DNA of 64,000 bases from an uncultured Bacteroidales bacterium (GCA_903925275.1 CAIYES010000095.1:11225-75224), one strand, 5' to 3'; shown: positions 1 to 11,195, counted from the stretch's first letter. Program-made: numbers and translations. Notes: a model not told the origin generated them from the sequence alone.

Positions 1-12
1 GATCATTATTCC

Positions 13-333
13 TTGGTCATTACCTTTGCCGGTTATCTCATCGTGCTTGGTGCATTGGCCATCATGGCTTATTTTTTCACGCGATTGCACACATTGCAGG
101 ATTTCCTGAAAAAACGCAAACTTGGTAAACCCGGTGATAATGAACAGGAACAGAAAACCAAGGTAGTAATGACTGGTGAAGAAAATGCTGCCATTGCTGC
201 TGCCCTTTATTTGTTTTTTTCAGAATTGCATGATGAGGAGAAATATGTGATGACCATCCGTAAAGTTTCGAAAACATACTCCCCCTGGAGCTCAAAGATC
301 TATGGAATCCTGAACACAATGAAACACTGGTAA
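13..333 (+). CDS. OadG-like small membrane subunit of a Na+-translocating biotin-dependent decarboxylase; the frame is open to the window edge, so the start is uncertain
   Basis: N-terminal TM helix ITFAGYLIVLGALAIMAYFF and an AAIAAALYL motif typical of OadG-family subunits. It lies directly upstream of the biotin-carrier and beta subunits. Confidence 0.55.
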   Translation: MVITFAGYLIVLGALAIMAYFFTRLHTLQDFLKKRKLGKPGDNEQEQKTKVVMTGEENAAIAAALYLFFSELHDEEKYVMTIRKVSKTYSPWSSKIYGILNTMKHW

Positions 334-336
334 ACC

Positions 337-768
<432 letters not shown>

Positions 769-771
769 CCC

Positions 772-1953
772 ATGAATACGCTGCAAACATTACTCGGGCT
801 TTGGGAAGATACCGGCTTTTATAATGCCACCTGGGAAAACATCATCATGATCCTGGTGGGCATTATCCTGGTTTTTTTAGCAATCAGGTACAGCTACAAA
901 CCACTGCTGCTCATACCTCTCGGAATGGGTGTTATTTTAGGGAATATTCCATTTCTTCACGGAGCAGCTTACCATCCCGGGATTTACCAGGAGGGCAGTG
1001 TGCTCAACTATCTTTTTTTCGGGGTGCTGAAAGGGATTTACCCGGCTTTGATCTTCCTTGGTCTGGGCGCCATGACCGATCTGTCTCCGCTTATATCAAA
1101 TCCTAAGCTTATGCTGCTTGGAGCTGCTGCCCAGGTTGGTATATTTGTGACCTTCCTTGGAGCCATGGTTTTAGGCTTCCCCATGGCAGAATCTGCCGCA
1201 ATTGCCATCATCGGCGGGGCTGATGGAAATACCGCTATTTTCCTTACCTCCCAGCTTGCCAATGGATTGCATGCAACCGGAAATGGCATGGTGATTCAAA
1301 ACCTCATAGGTCCGATTGCCATTGCTGCCTATATCTATATGTCGCTGGTTTCAGTTATTCAGCCGCCTATCATGAAGCTGCTCACTACAAAAAAAGAGCG
1401 GTTGATACGCATGAAACCCCCAAGAACTGTAAGTAAGTTTGAGAAAATTTTATTCCCGCTGCTTGGTTTGCTTTTAAGCGCGTTTGTTGCCCCTGCTTCG
1501 CTGCCCCTGCTCGGAATGTTTTTCTTTGGAAATATTTTAAAGGAATCAGGCCTGACCAAACAACTGGCCAATACAGCAAGTACCATTCTTATTGATATTG
1601 TTGTGATCCTGATCGGATTAACCGTTGGGGCTTCAACACAAGCTGATGTTTTTTTAAAATGGCAATCAATTCTTATCTTTGTTCTCGGCGCCTTTGCCTT
1701 CATGGTGGCAACCGCCGGAGGGATAATGTTTGCAAAAGTCATGAACCTCTTCCTTAAAAAGGAGAATCGGATAAATCCGCTCATTGGTGCATCGGGTGTT
1801 GCGGCAGTGCCCGACAGTGCGCGGATTGCTCATGAAATGGGACTCAGGGAAGATCCGACAAACCATCTGATTGGTCATGCAATGGCGCCAAATATTGCCG
1901 GACTGATTGGCAGTGCAATTGCTGCCGGCTTGTTATTGGGTTTCTTATTATAA
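772..1953 (+). CDS. Na+-transporting decarboxylase beta subunit (OadB/MmdB/GcdB family)
   Basis: 393-aa polytopic membrane protein with conserved blocks IIGGADGNTAIF and IGASGVAAVPDSARI. It starts 4 nt after the biotin-carrier stop. Confidence 0.85.
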   Translation: MNTLQTLLGLWEDTGFYNATWENIIMILVGIILVFLAIRYSYKPLLLIPLGMGVILGNIPFLHGAAYHPGIYQEGSVLNYLFFGVLKGIYPALIFLGLGAMTDLSPLISNPKLMLLGAAAQVGIFVTFLGAMVLGFPMAESAAIAIIGGADGNTAIFLTSQLANGLHATGNGMVIQNLIGPIAIAAYIYMSLVSVIQPPIMKLLTTKKERLIRMKPPRTVSKFEKILFPLLGLLLSAFVAPASLPLLGMFFFGNILKESGLTKQLANTASTILIDIVVILIGLTVGASTQADVFLKWQSILIFVLGAFAFMVATAGGIMFAKVMNLFLKKENRINPLIGASGVAAVPDSARIAHEMGLREDPTNHLIGHAMAPNIAGLIGSAIAAGLLLGFLL

Positions 1954-1957
1954 AACG

Positions 1958-2614
1958 ATGCTGATAATTGGAATTGCCGGTGGGTCCGGTTCAGGAAAGT
2001 CGACAGTTGTAAAACAGGTGATCAAACATCTGCCAAAAGAGGCAGTTACGGTAATTCCGCAGGATGCCTATTATAAGGATAATGGCCATAAATCGGCCGA
2101 AGATCGGGCTAAAATTAATTTTGATCATCCCAGTTCCATCGAATGGAACCTGCTAATCAGGCACCTCGAAATCCTGAAATCCAGCACATCCATTGAAATG
2201 CCATTGTATTCGTATGTTACATGTGCCCGTTCAAAAGAAACTGTAACTGTCAATCCCTCAAAAGTCATCATCGTCGAAGGAATTCTTATATTGTCCAATC
2301 CCCGCCTTCGAAAAAAGTTGGACATTAAAGTATTTGTCGATGCCGATGGCGACGACCGCCTGATGCGCATTATATGGCGCGATATCGAAGAACGGGGACG
2401 ATCTTTTCAGCAGGTTCTTGAACATTATGAGAACTTTGTTAAACCAATGCACCTGCAATTCATTGAGCCTACCAAACGTTATGCTGACATCATTGTCCCG
2501 CAGGGTGGACAAAATAAGGTTGCCATCGACATTCTCTCCTCCCGGATTAAATCGCACATTAACCGCGATGCTGATGACGGAAAAATAACCCAACCAAATA
2601 ATAAGCAGCCATAG
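1958..2614 (+). CDS. udk: Uridine kinase
   Basis: P-loop GIAGGSGSGKST, VIIVEGIL and DADGDDRLMRIIWRDIEERGR blocks. I chose the ATG at 1958 because the ORF-track start at 1907 overlaps the upstream gene. Confidence 0.9.
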   Translation: MLIIGIAGGSGSGKSTVVKQVIKHLPKEAVTVIPQDAYYKDNGHKSAEDRAKINFDHPSSIEWNLLIRHLEILKSSTSIEMPLYSYVTCARSKETVTVNPSKVIIVEGILILSNPRLRKKLDIKVFVDADGDDRLMRIIWRDIEERGRSFQQVLEHYENFVKPMHLQFIEPTKRYADIIVPQGGQNKVAIDILSSRIKSHINRDADDGKITQPNNKQP

Positions 2615-2777
2615 CCAATGGTTGTGTAAATATCCCACAAACTGTGGGGATGGGATCAGATTGTCATGGATGGATGAGAAAGTTTCTGTTGAAGTGGGCC
2701 ATTGAGAACTTGGTTTCATCGCCCATGGATATTCGCAGAAAAATTCGTAAGTTTGAATTCTCAAATCAATAGGAATT

Positions 2778-3281
2778 ATGGAAACAAAAAATGCCCTTGA
2801 AATCCTTAAAATGGCAATTCTCATGGAAAAGAGAGGTTTTGCCTTTTATGCAAAAGTCGCTGAACAAACGCCCGATCAAGAGATAAAACATATCTTCCTG
2901 ACCATGGCTGATGAGGAAACCAAACATGTGAAATTTCTCTCAGAACAATACATCAGCTATGAGAAAAACAATACCTTCAAAAAAGTGCAACTGCCTGATC
3001 TGGCAAATGAAGGCTTTGCTACACTGATTCTCACCGAAGATATGAAACAAAAGATTTCTGCTGCCGGATTTGAAGCCGCTGCCATTTCAGCCGCCATCGA
3101 TTTTGAGAAAAAAGCCGTGGAAGTCTATTCAAATCAAGCTGAATTATCAACTGACCCCAATGAAAAAGCGCTTTACCGCTGGCTTGCTGAGTGGGAAGGC
3201 GGGCACCTGAAGATCCTCAGTGATATGGACAATGAACTGAAGGAGAAAATCTGGAACGATAATCAATTCTGGCCCTTCTAA
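2778..3281 (+). CDS. Ferritin-like / rubrerythrin-family diiron domain protein
   Basis: Helical 167-aa protein with paired E..H metal-ligand motifs (ADEETKHVKFL and WEGGHLKIL). Confidence 0.6.
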   Translation: METKNALEILKMAILMEKRGFAFYAKVAEQTPDQEIKHIFLTMADEETKHVKFLSEQYISYEKNNTFKKVQLPDLANEGFATLILTEDMKQKISAAGFEAAAISAAIDFEKKAVEVYSNQAELSTDPNEKALYRWLAEWEGGHLKILSDMDNELKEKIWNDNQFWPF

Positions 3282-3282
3282 C

Positions 3283-4527
3283 CTACATTCCAGTTCTCAT
3301 TGCTTCAACAGGATCAAGTTTTGAAGCTGAATATGCTGGTAAGATACCTGAAATCAGTCCGATAATAGCTGAAACACCAATCCCGAGAAAAATATTTCCC
3401 TGGGTCAGGATTAAAGTAAATTCAGTTGTATAGGAAACGATAAGGGTAAGTAGCAGGATAATCAATAAACCGAATATTCCCCCGATCAGGGAAAGAAAAA
3501 TGGCTTCAAAAAGGAATTGCAGCAGGATAAAGTAATTCTTGGCTCCAAGCGCTTTCTGAATACCGATGATGCTGGTACGTTCTTTTACCGATACAAACAT
3601 AATGTTGGCGATTCCGAATCCTCCCACCAGCAGGGAAAACCCACCGATTATCCATCCTACCATGGCAATTACCCGGAATAAACTGTCAAACCCCTTTGAA
3701 ATGATATCTGTTTCATTGATGGCAAAATTATCTTCAGCCGACGGTTTTTGTTTCCTGATCGATCGCATAAGGCCAGTAAGTTCATCGCGCAATTCGTCAT
3801 TTGAAACCATTGGTTTTGCTTTTACAACGATGGTTGAACCCATGTCCCTTAGATCAACAACAGTTTTAAAATAATTGATCGGCAGATAAACAACCTTATC
3901 ATTTGAATTGCCAAAAAAATCTTCTCCCTCTTTTGTAATTACCCCGATCACTTCAATATTCCGTCCGAAAATCTTTATTTTCTTACCAATAGGATCACCT
4001 TCCCTGAAAAGATCCGTTGCCATATCAGCACCGATAATGGCAATATTCTTCCCACTGGCTGATTCAGTGAGGGAAAAATAACGGCCTTCGGCCAATTCAA
4101 ATTTCCAGACCTTGTCGAAATCCTGCGAAACACCCATCACTCCTATGTTTTCAACATAATTATTCTGGTATTTGACAGTCTTGTTCACCTGTACCATGTA
4201 AGCTATTGCATCGGCCAGATTTGATCGCTTCTCAACCTCACGCATGTCGTCAAGTGAGGCCTCCGGCCGTTGCCAATATTTCCACCAGGGATAATCACCC
4301 CCCATGGACCAGGGCCATTTTTGAATATAAAGAACATTGCTCCCCAACGAGGCTATGCTCTTGCGAATGGAACTTTCCATCGAATCAAAAACGGTAAAGA
4401 CCGATATAACACAAAAAATGCCGATGGTTATGCCAAGAAGGGAAAGGATTGTACGAACCTTATTTACTATAATTTCTTGAAAAGCAAATAAATAGCTTTC
4501 GCGAACTAATCGTAATATTAAAATCAT
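3283..4527 (-). CDS. ABC transporter permease, MacB/FtsX family
   Basis: N-terminal TM helix, large periplasmic MacB-like domain and a C-terminal three-helix FtsX-type domain. Confidence 0.8.
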   Translation of the reverse strand: MILILRLVRESYLFAFQEIIVNKVRTILSLLGITIGIFCVISVFTVFDSMESSIRKSIASLGSNVLYIQKWPWSMGGDYPWWKYWQRPEASLDDMREVEKRSNLADAIAYMVQVNKTVKYQNNYVENIGVMGVSQDFDKVWKFELAEGRYFSLTESASGKNIAIIGADMATDLFREGDPIGKKIKIFGRNIEVIGVITKEGEDFFGNSNDKVVYLPINYFKTVVDLRDMGSTIVVKAKPMVSNDELRDELTGLMRSIRKQKPSAEDNFAINETDIISKGFDSLFRVIAMVGWIIGGFSLLVGGFGIANIMFVSVKERTSIIGIQKALGAKNYFILLQFLFEAIFLSLIGGIFGLLIILLLTLIVSYTTEFTLILTQGNIFLGIGVSAIIGLISGILPAYSASKLDPVEAMRTGM

Positions 4528-4687
4528 GGATGAATAGATTTCATTATTTTTGAACAGTAAAGGTAATATTTAATCCCGTATGGTCGATTGCATTGTCTGA
4601 TCCGGTATTTTTTGGTAACATTGCAAAGGGGCTCAAAAATTTGAAATTAGACGCAGGTATTCAGTTCTTGTTACATAATTTTATAAG

Positions 4688-6214
4688 ATGACCGATCAAA
4701 TCAAAATTAAATCCGCACTTATTTCCGTCTTTGACAAAGAGGGGATCGAAGAACTTGCACGCAAACTTGAATCCTTCGGAATCCAGATAATCTCGACAGG
4801 AGGAACTTACGACTTTCTGAAATCCAAAGGAATATACGCTACTTCTGTTGAGTCAATTACCTCATATCCATCAATTTTGGGAGGGCGTGTAAAAACATTG
4901 CATCCAAAGGTTTTTGGAGGCATATTATGGCGCCGCGACCAGCTTGCAGATGTTGGCGATGTTGAGAAGTATGAACTTCCATCTGTTGATCTGGTTATCG
5001 TTGATCTTTATCCTTTTGAAAAGACCATAGCCTCTACCGTCAACGAGGAGGAAATTATTGAACAAATCGACATTGGAGGCATTAGCCTGATAAGGGCGGC
5101 GGCCAAAAATTATGCCCACGTTGTGGTTGTTCCGTCCACCGGGTTTTATCCCTTGCTTCTCGACATACTGGAAAAAAACAATGGTTTTACGAACCTGAAT
5201 GATCGCCGGTTATTTGCAGCTCAGGCTTTTAACATTTCATCCCATTACGATACCTTGATTTTTAATTATTTCAACCGTAAAGAGCATATCCGGGTTTTCA
5301 AACAAAGCATCCTTTCATCCTGTCCCATGCGATATGGCGAAAACCCACATCAGGAAGCTACTTTCTTTGGTGATCCTGATAGTGTTTTTATTAAATTGCA
5401 TGGAAAGGAATTATCATACAATAACTTTGTTGATGTTGATGCAGCCATTAACCTGATCGGGGAATTCACCGAACCAACAGTCGCAATCATCAAACACACC
5501 AATCCTTGTGGAGTTGCCAGCCGCTCCTCAATAAAGCTGGCATATCTTGATGCCCTTGCATGTGATCCTGTTTCAGCCTTTGGAGGCATTATTATAGCCA
5601 ATGGAATTATCGGGATGGATACTGCTGAAGAATTGAACAAACTCTTCTTCGAAATATTAATTGCAAACGATTTTGAAAATGATGCACTTGATCGGTTAAA
5701 ATCCAAGAAAAATAGAATAATTTTGCGTAAAAATTCATTTGCGTTTTCATCCCGGCAATTTAAGTCAATCCTGAATGGTGTACTTGAACAGGAGAAGGAT
5801 CTTAAATCAGAGCAAGAAACAGATTTTCAATATGTTAGCAAGAAAAGACCAACATCTCAGGAAACAGATGCGTTGATTTTTGCAAATAAAATTGTTAAGC
5901 ACTTGAAATCCAACACTATCGTGCTGATAAATAACCGTCAGCTCATAGGATGTGGAATGGGCCAGACTTCAAGGGTGGATGCACTTCGCCAGGCGATTAT
6001 CAAAGCAAATGCCTTTGGATTTGATACCGAAGGATCAGTGATGGCTTCTGATGCATTTTTTCCTTTCGCCGATTGTGTCGAGATTGCAAATGAAGCTGGT
6101 ATTAAAACGGTCATTCAACCCGGTGGATCTATCCGCGATATTGATTCGGTTAATTATTGCGACGAACATGATATGTCCATGGTTTTTACCGGAATACGTC
6201 ATTTTAAACATTGA
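4688..6214 (+). CDS. purH: Bifunctional AICAR transformylase / IMP cyclohydrolase
   Basis: Full-length 508-aa match to the PurH pattern, including ALISVFDKEGI, STGGT, GGRVKTLHP and KHTNPCG. Confidence 0.95.
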   Translation: MTDQIKIKSALISVFDKEGIEELARKLESFGIQIISTGGTYDFLKSKGIYATSVESITSYPSILGGRVKTLHPKVFGGILWRRDQLADVGDVEKYELPSVDLVIVDLYPFEKTIASTVNEEEIIEQIDIGGISLIRAAAKNYAHVVVVPSTGFYPLLLDILEKNNGFTNLNDRRLFAAQAFNISSHYDTLIFNYFNRKEHIRVFKQSILSSCPMRYGENPHQEATFFGDPDSVFIKLHGKELSYNNFVDVDAAINLIGEFTEPTVAIIKHTNPCGVASRSSIKLAYLDALACDPVSAFGGIIIANGIIGMDTAEELNKLFFEILIANDFENDALDRLKSKKNRIILRKNSFAFSSRQFKSILNGVLEQEKDLKSEQETDFQYVSKKRPTSQETDALIFANKIVKHLKSNTIVLINNRQLIGCGMGQTSRVDALRQAIIKANAFGFDTEGSVMASDAFFPFADCVEIANEAGIKTVIQPGGSIRDIDSVNYCDEHDMSMVFTGIRHFKH

Positions 6215-6238
6215 AAGATTGTATAAAGATAGCATGAT

Positions 6239-6395
6239 TGACAAGTGACAAATGACAAGTGACAAATGACAAGTGACGAATGACATTTGGATGTCGAATT
6301 TATAAAGTAGTAATCAGGGTATCAAAACTATAATCGAAAATAGAAAAAGATAAGTTCACAGGTCACTTGTCATTTGTCATTCGTCATTTTTTTTA
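6239..6395. repeat. 7-bp tandem array (TGACAAG/TGACAAA, 7 units, 6239-6287) with an inverted partial copy (6362-6386) followed by a T8 run; possibly a long-loop terminator
   Basis: Read directly from the sequence. The reverse complement of 6362-6386 is TGACGAATGACAAATGACAAGTGAC, which can pair with the first array. TGA occurs in all three plus-strand frames. Confidence 0.9.
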
Positions 6396-6426
6396 TTTAG
6401 TTTGAAAGGCTCTAAAATTTATATAC

Positions 6427-7440
6427 ATGGGATTATTTACAAAAGAAATAGCCATCGACTTGGGTACGGCCAATACCATTATTATTTATAACGATAAAGT
6501 AGTTGTTGATGAACCTTCCATAGTTGCCATTGAACGGAGTACCGGAAAAATCATTGCGGTTGGGAAGAAGGCCCAGATGATGCATGGCAAAACCCACGAA
6601 AATATCAAAACTATCCGTCCATTGCGAGGAGGTGTTATTGCCGATTTTCAGGCTGCCGAACACATGATTCGGGCTATGATCAAGATGATTGATCTTCGCA
6701 AATCCTGGTTCCCTCCTGCGCTCAAAATGGTTATTTGTATTCCATCAGGAATTACCGAAGTTGAGGAACGCGCTGTAAAAGACTCTGCCGAACAAGCCGG
6801 AGCAAAAGAGGTTCGCCTTATTCATGAACCTATGGCTGCTGCCATCGGGATCGGTATCGATGTTCTGGAACCGATCGGCAATATGGTTATCGACATCGGC
6901 GGCGGCACCAGCGAAATTGCTGTAATCGCCCTGGGTGGTATTGTTAACAATAAATCGATCCGCATTGCAGGGGATGAATTCAATGCCGACATCGAAGAAT
7001 ACATGCGCAAACAACACAATATAAACGTAGGCGAACGTACGGCAGAACGAATCAAAATAGAGGTCGGTGCAGCACTGGCGGATATAGATAACCCTCCTCC
7101 CGACTATGCCGTACACGGACGTGACCTGCTCACAGGTATTCCTAAAGAGGTTATTGTTAATCATGCTGAAATTGCGCACTGTCTTGATAAATCGGTAGCG
7201 AAAATTGAAGCTGCTGTATTGAATGCACTTGAAATGACACCCCCTGAACTTGCTTCTGATATATTCGAAACAGGCATTTATCTTACAGGAGGTGGCGCAC
7301 TGCTGCGGGGTCTTGATAAACGGATCCACCTGAAGACCAAACTGAAAGTTCATGTTGCCGAGGATCCCCTGCGGGCGGTTGCACGCGGAACAGGCATCGC
7401 ATTGAAAAACTTTGATAAGTTTACCTTCCTCATCAAGTAA
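6427..7440 (+). CDS. mreB: Rod shape-determining protein MreB
   Basis: Actin-fold motifs IAIDLGTANT and VIDIGGGTSEIAV, with 337-aa length typical of MreB. Confidence 0.95.
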   Translation: MGLFTKEIAIDLGTANTIIIYNDKVVVDEPSIVAIERSTGKIIAVGKKAQMMHGKTHENIKTIRPLRGGVIADFQAAEHMIRAMIKMIDLRKSWFPPALKMVICIPSGITEVEERAVKDSAEQAGAKEVRLIHEPMAAAIGIGIDVLEPIGNMVIDIGGGTSEIAVIALGGIVNNKSIRIAGDEFNADIEEYMRKQHNINVGERTAERIKIEVGAALADIDNPPPDYAVHGRDLLTGIPKEVIVNHAEIAHCLDKSVAKIEAAVLNALEMTPPELASDIFETGIYLTGGGALLRGLDKRIHLKTKLKVHVAEDPLRAVARGTGIALKNFDKFTFLIK

Positions 7441-7448
7441 GAGGTACC

Positions 7449-8282
7449 ATGCGGAATCTTTTTTTCTTTCTCCGGAATCACTATTTCTATTTTCTTTTTT
7501 TAGTGTTGGAGACCTTTTCGCTGACTCTGCTTTTTAACTACAATGAATTTCAGGGAAGTTCCCTCTATTCAGTTTCAAATTCCGTATCGGGATATGTAAA
7601 CAGCATGTTCAACGGGATTTCAGAGTACTTTTCGCTCCGGAAAACAAACAGGGTTCTTATTGATGAGATGGCTAAGTTGCATTCCCGCATACCGGAAGCT
7701 TTTTACACGACCGATGTTAATATTTTTTACAAAAAAGATTCCATCGTAAAATTGGAGTACAAATATATCAGCGCAAAAGTGATTAGCAATTCCACAAACA
7801 AACGAAATAATTTCCTGATGATCAACAAGGGCGCAATTCATGGCATTGAAAATCATATGGGCGTGATTATTGGCAATAAAATCGTTGGTCAGGTGGTTAG
7901 CGTTTCTCCTCATTTCAGCTGGATCATGTCAATGCTGAATAAAGACAGCCGAATATCCGGAAAATTCAAAAAGAACAACCAATTGGTGAATGTTGAATGG
8001 AACGGAGGCAGTTATCATATAGGACAGGTAAAGGAAATTCCAAAACATGTTGTGATAGTTAATGGTGATACAATTATAACCAGCGGGAATTCTGACATTT
8101 TTCCTGAAGGGCTTTTGATTGGTACCATCTCTGATTTTACAAAGGTTCAGGATGAAAATTTCAATAACGGAGAGATTTTTTTTTCAACCGATTTTAACAG
8201 TCTCGGATATGTAGAGGTGGTTGTTGATTTGATGCGAAAAGAAAAAGACGATTTAAAGGCATCCTTTAAAACTCAGCAATGA
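7449..8282 (+). CDS. mreC: Rod shape-determining protein MreC
   Basis: N-terminal TM helix and a beta-rich periplasmic domain, positioned between mreB and mreD. Confidence 0.8.
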   Translation: MRNLFFFLRNHYFYFLFLVLETFSLTLLFNYNEFQGSSLYSVSNSVSGYVNSMFNGISEYFSLRKTNRVLIDEMAKLHSRIPEAFYTTDVNIFYKKDSIVKLEYKYISAKVISNSTNKRNNFLMINKGAIHGIENHMGVIIGNKIVGQVVSVSPHFSWIMSMLNKDSRISGKFKKNNQLVNVEWNGGSYHIGQVKEIPKHVVIVNGDTIITSGNSDIFPEGLLIGTISDFTKVQDENFNNGEIFFSTDFNSLGYVEVVVDLMRKEKDDLKASFKTQQ

Positions 8283-8794
8283 CTTCAAGAACCCTCTTTT
8301 TTAACGTCATCCGGTTTTTCTTCCTGGTTTTTCTTCAGGTGTTAATATTAAATAATATTAATTTGGGGGGATATATCAATCCATACTTTTACATTTATTT
8401 TATTCTGTTATTGCCGTTTGGTGCGCCCCGGTGGCTGTTGCTAATTAGTGCATTTATCCTGGGATTAAGTATTGATATTTTCACCAACACCATCGGGCTG
8501 AATGCCGCCGCCTGTGTTGTCATGGCCTTTTTTCGTCCGTTTGTGATCTCGGCCATCTCCACCGGTCCCGAATCGCTGATCGGTGATACACCGTCACTCA
8601 GAAATCAGGGAATTAAATGGTTTCTATATTATTCAATTATCCTGGTTTTAATTCATCATTCGGTCCTGTTCTATCTTGAGATATTTCGATTCAGCGAGTT
8701 TACAGTGACCTTTATTCGCGTGCTGCTAAGCAGTGCCTTCACCATGGTACTTGTACTGATAAGCGAATATTTATTGTATCCCCGGGGGAAATAA
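8279..8794 (+). CDS. mreD: Rod shape-determining protein MreD
   Basis: 171-aa polytopic membrane protein overlapping the mreC stop by 4 nt, in the canonical mreBCD order. Confidence 0.7.
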   Translation: MTSRTLFFNVIRFFFLVFLQVLILNNINLGGYINPYFYIYFILLLPFGAPRWLLLISAFILGLSIDIFTNTIGLNAAACVVMAFFRPFVISAISTGPESLIGDTPSLRNQGIKWFLYYSIILVLIHHSVLFYLEIFRFSEFTVTFIRVLLSSAFTMVLVLISEYLLYPRGK

Positions 8795-8820
8795 AAAACC
8801 CGTTCCTTAAAGAAACGGGT
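8793..8820 (-). terminator. Rho-independent terminator downstream of tRNA-Cys; overlaps the mreD stop codon
   Basis: Stem ACCCGTT/AACGGGT with a 9-nt loop, followed on the minus strand by a T6 run. Confidence 0.6.
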
Positions 8821-8824
8821 GAAG

Positions 8825-8895
8825 AGGTTTCGAGCGGAGTCGAACCGCTGTGGACGGTTTTGCAGACCGCTGCCTAGCCACTCGGCCACGAAACC
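8825..8895 (-). tRNA. tRNA-Cys (anticodon GCA)
   Basis: Hand-folded cloverleaf. Acceptor GGTTTCG/CGAAACC, anticodon stem GCGGT/ACCGT with loop CTGCAAA, T-arm AGCGG-TTCGACT-CCGCT, and discriminator U as expected for Cys. Confidence 0.85.
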
Positions 8896-8947
8896 ATTTT
8901 TTCAATTGGAGGGCAAAGTTACAAAAAGTTTTGAATTTATTAGCAAA

Positions 8948-9319
8948 TCATTTCTTCCATTGGGTTTTGAAGCTTACTTGTTGCATCTTTCCGCCTATCG
9001 GAGGATTGATCTTGGCAATCTTAAGCTTGATCGAATCAATAGCAGGGAAATCTTTGTGAACAGCAGTCAGAATTCGCTTTGCTACGTGTTCAAGCAAATG
9101 TGATTTCTCATCCATTTCCTTTTTTACACATTGGTAAAGTCCTACATAATCTACGGTATCCCTCAGATGATCTGAAGCCTCAGAAATCGTGGTATCGGTT
9201 TTGATTTTTAAGTCAACTATGAATTTCGTCCCGATAATCTGTTCTTCTTTAAAACAACCATGAAATGCGAAGAACTCCATTCCTTCAAGTAGAATAGTAC
9301 CCATAATTCGATTTTTCAA
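8948..9319 (-). CDS. folB: Dihydroneopterin aldolase
   Basis: FolB-like pattern (LEGMEFFAFHGCFKEEQIIGTKFIVDL and DTVDYVGLY) in a ~120-aa protein. An alternative start at MGTILL (9304) is possible. Confidence 0.85.
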   Translation of the reverse strand: MKNRIMGTILLEGMEFFAFHGCFKEEQIIGTKFIVDLKIKTDTTISEASDHLRDTVDYVGLYQCVKKEMDEKSHLLEHVAKRILTAVHKDFPAIDSIKLKIAKINPPIGGKMQQVSFKTQWKK

Positions 9320-9373
9320 CCGTCTAAATTACCAAATTCCTGTTAACTAAGCCAAACGTTTTTTAAATTGTAG

Positions 9374-9381
9374 TAAGTTTG
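9374..9381 (+). promoter_or_regulatory. Candidate Bacteroidota -7 promoter box (TAAGTTTG) upstream of glnS
   Basis: Matches the TAnnTTTG consensus ~84 nt upstream of the glnS ATG. No clear -33 TTTG was found. Confidence 0.3.
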
Positions 9382-9464
9382 CAGATTAATCCGCCTGCAG
9401 CAATGAGGCTGACAAAAAGAATTTTCGATACACCGATGGTCAGTGTAATTAATATTATGGTTTT

Positions 9465-11168
9465 ATGGAAGAATTAAAAATCCAGGATGAAGAAAAGGAA
9501 CCCCGGTCTCTGAATTTCATTGAAGAAATTATCGAGGATGATATAAGGAATGGTGTCAATGAAGGCCGGGTTCATACCCGTTTTCCTCCCGAGCCGAATG
9601 GATATTTGCATATTGGTCATGCCAAATCGATCTGCCTGAATTTTGGGCTGGCAAAAAAGTACCAGGGAAAAACGAATCTGCGGTTCGACGACACCAACCC
9701 GGTCAAAGAAGATACTGAATATGTCGATTCCATAATGGAAGATGTAAAATGGCTGGGTTTTGACTGGGAGGATCGACTGTTTTATGCTTCCGATTATTTT
9801 GAACAGATCTTTGAGTATGCCATGATTCTTATCCGCAAAGAAAAGGCCTATGTGTGTGATATGACGGCAGAAGAAATGAGCGAAACCCGCGGCACACCTA
9901 CGAGACCAGGAAAAGAAAGTCCGTTCAGAACCCGGTCAGTGGAGGAAAACCTTGACTTGTTTACCCGAATGCGTCATGGTGAATTTCCTGATGGTACAAG
10001 GGTACTGAGAGCCAGAATCGACATGGCTTCTCCAAATATGCAGATGCGCGATCCGGTACTTTACCGCATTCTCCATGCACACCACCACCGTACAGGCGAC
10101 CAATGGTGCATTTATCCGATGTATGATTTTGCCCACGGACAGTCAGATTCAATCGAAAGAATTACGCATTCAATTTGTACTCTTGAATTTGAGGTTCACA
10201 GACCCCTCTATGATTGGTTTATCCGGGAAATCGGGATCTATGTGCCCAGACAAATTGAATTTGCCCGGCTTAATATGACTTATACTGTGATGAGTAAGCG
10301 GAAATTGTTGGAATTGGTACAGGAAGGATATGTAAACGGATGGGATGATCCGCGGATGCCAACGATCTGCGGCCTGCGTCGACGGGGATTTACCCCGGAA
10401 TCGATCCGTAATTTTACCGAGATCATCGGTGTTGCCAAACGTGACAATGTCATCGATGTAAGTCTGCTCGAATTCTGTATCCGGGAAAATCTTAACAAGC
10501 ATGCAAACCGATTGATGGCAGTTTTGAATCCTGTCAAAATTATTATAGATAACTATCCTGATGATCAAGAGGAAGAGTTGGAATCGGTAAATAATCCAGA
10601 AGATGAATCGCAAGGAAAACGTAAAATTCCTTTTTCAAAAACCCTGTTCATAGAACGGGAGGATTTTATGGAAGAACCACCCAATAAATTTTTCCGCCTC
10701 GCTCCTGGCCGTGAAGTGCGGTTGAAGGCTGCCTATATCATCAAGTGTGAAAATGTTGTGAAGGACCCTATAACAGGTATTATTAATGAAATCCATTGCA
10801 CCTATGACCCCATGACAAAAAGCGGCATGCCCGACAGTAGCCGTAAAGTTAAAGGCACATTGCATTGGGTATCTGAAAAACAAGCAGTCAAAATCGAAGT
10901 CAGGCTCTATGACCGGCTTTTTATCAAAGAAAACCCCGATGATATCGAGGGCGACAAAACATTTAAAGATTATCTGAACCCAGATTCCCTGAAAGTTATA
11001 ACGGCGTTTGCTGAACCGGAGGTTATTAATGCGAAAATTTATGAAAAATACCAGTTTGAACGTATTGGCTATTTTTCTGTAGATAAGGATTCAACCCCAC
11101 AAAATCTAGTATTTAATCGGGTTGTCCCATTAAAAGATTCCTGGACAAAAGCGGAAAAAGTTAAATAA
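9465..11168 (+). CDS. glnS: Glutaminyl-tRNA synthetase
   Basis: [23 protein letters not shown] and [13 protein letters not shown] blocks nearly identical to known GlnRS, plus the VMSKRK (KMSKS) motif. Confidence 0.95.
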   Translation: MEELKIQDEEKEPRSLNFIEEIIEDDIRNGVNEGRVHTRFPPEPNGYLHIGHAKSICLNFGLAKKYQGKTNLRFDDTNPVKEDTEYVDSIMEDVKWLGFDWEDRLFYASDYFEQIFEYAMILIRKEKAYVCDMTAEEMSETRGTPTRPGKESPFRTRSVEENLDLFTRMRHGEFPDGTRVLRARIDMASPNMQMRDPVLYRILHAHHHRTGDQWCIYPMYDFAHGQSDSIERITHSICTLEFEVHRPLYDWFIREIGIYVPRQIEFARLNMTYTVMSKRKLLELVQEGYVNGWDDPRMPTICGLRRRGFTPESIRNFTEIIGVAKRDNVIDVSLLEFCIRENLNKHANRLMAVLNPVKIIIDNYPDDQEEELESVNNPEDESQGKRKIPFSKTLFIEREDFMEEPPNKFFRLAPGREVRLKAAYIIKCENVVKDPITGIINEIHCTYDPMTKSGMPDSSRKVKGTLHWVSEKQAVKIEVRLYDRLFIKENPDDIEGDKTFKDYLNPDSLKVITAFAEPEVINAKIYEKYQFERIGYFSVDKDSTPQNLVFNRVVPLKDSWTKAEKVK

Positions 11169-11195
11169 AACGTGACAGCTTTGCAAAAAATGTAT

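Noticed and set aside
6745-7353. Long antisense ORFs inside well-supported genes. Examples are 6745-7353 in mreB, 2258-2824 across udk, 10170-10613 in glnS, 47094-47597 and others in the giant gene, and 58400-58978 and 59091-59555 in the S46 peptidase.
   Set aside because: These are shadow ORFs opposite strongly supported coding frames. Their composition is low-complexity or biased, and they have no recognizable motifs.
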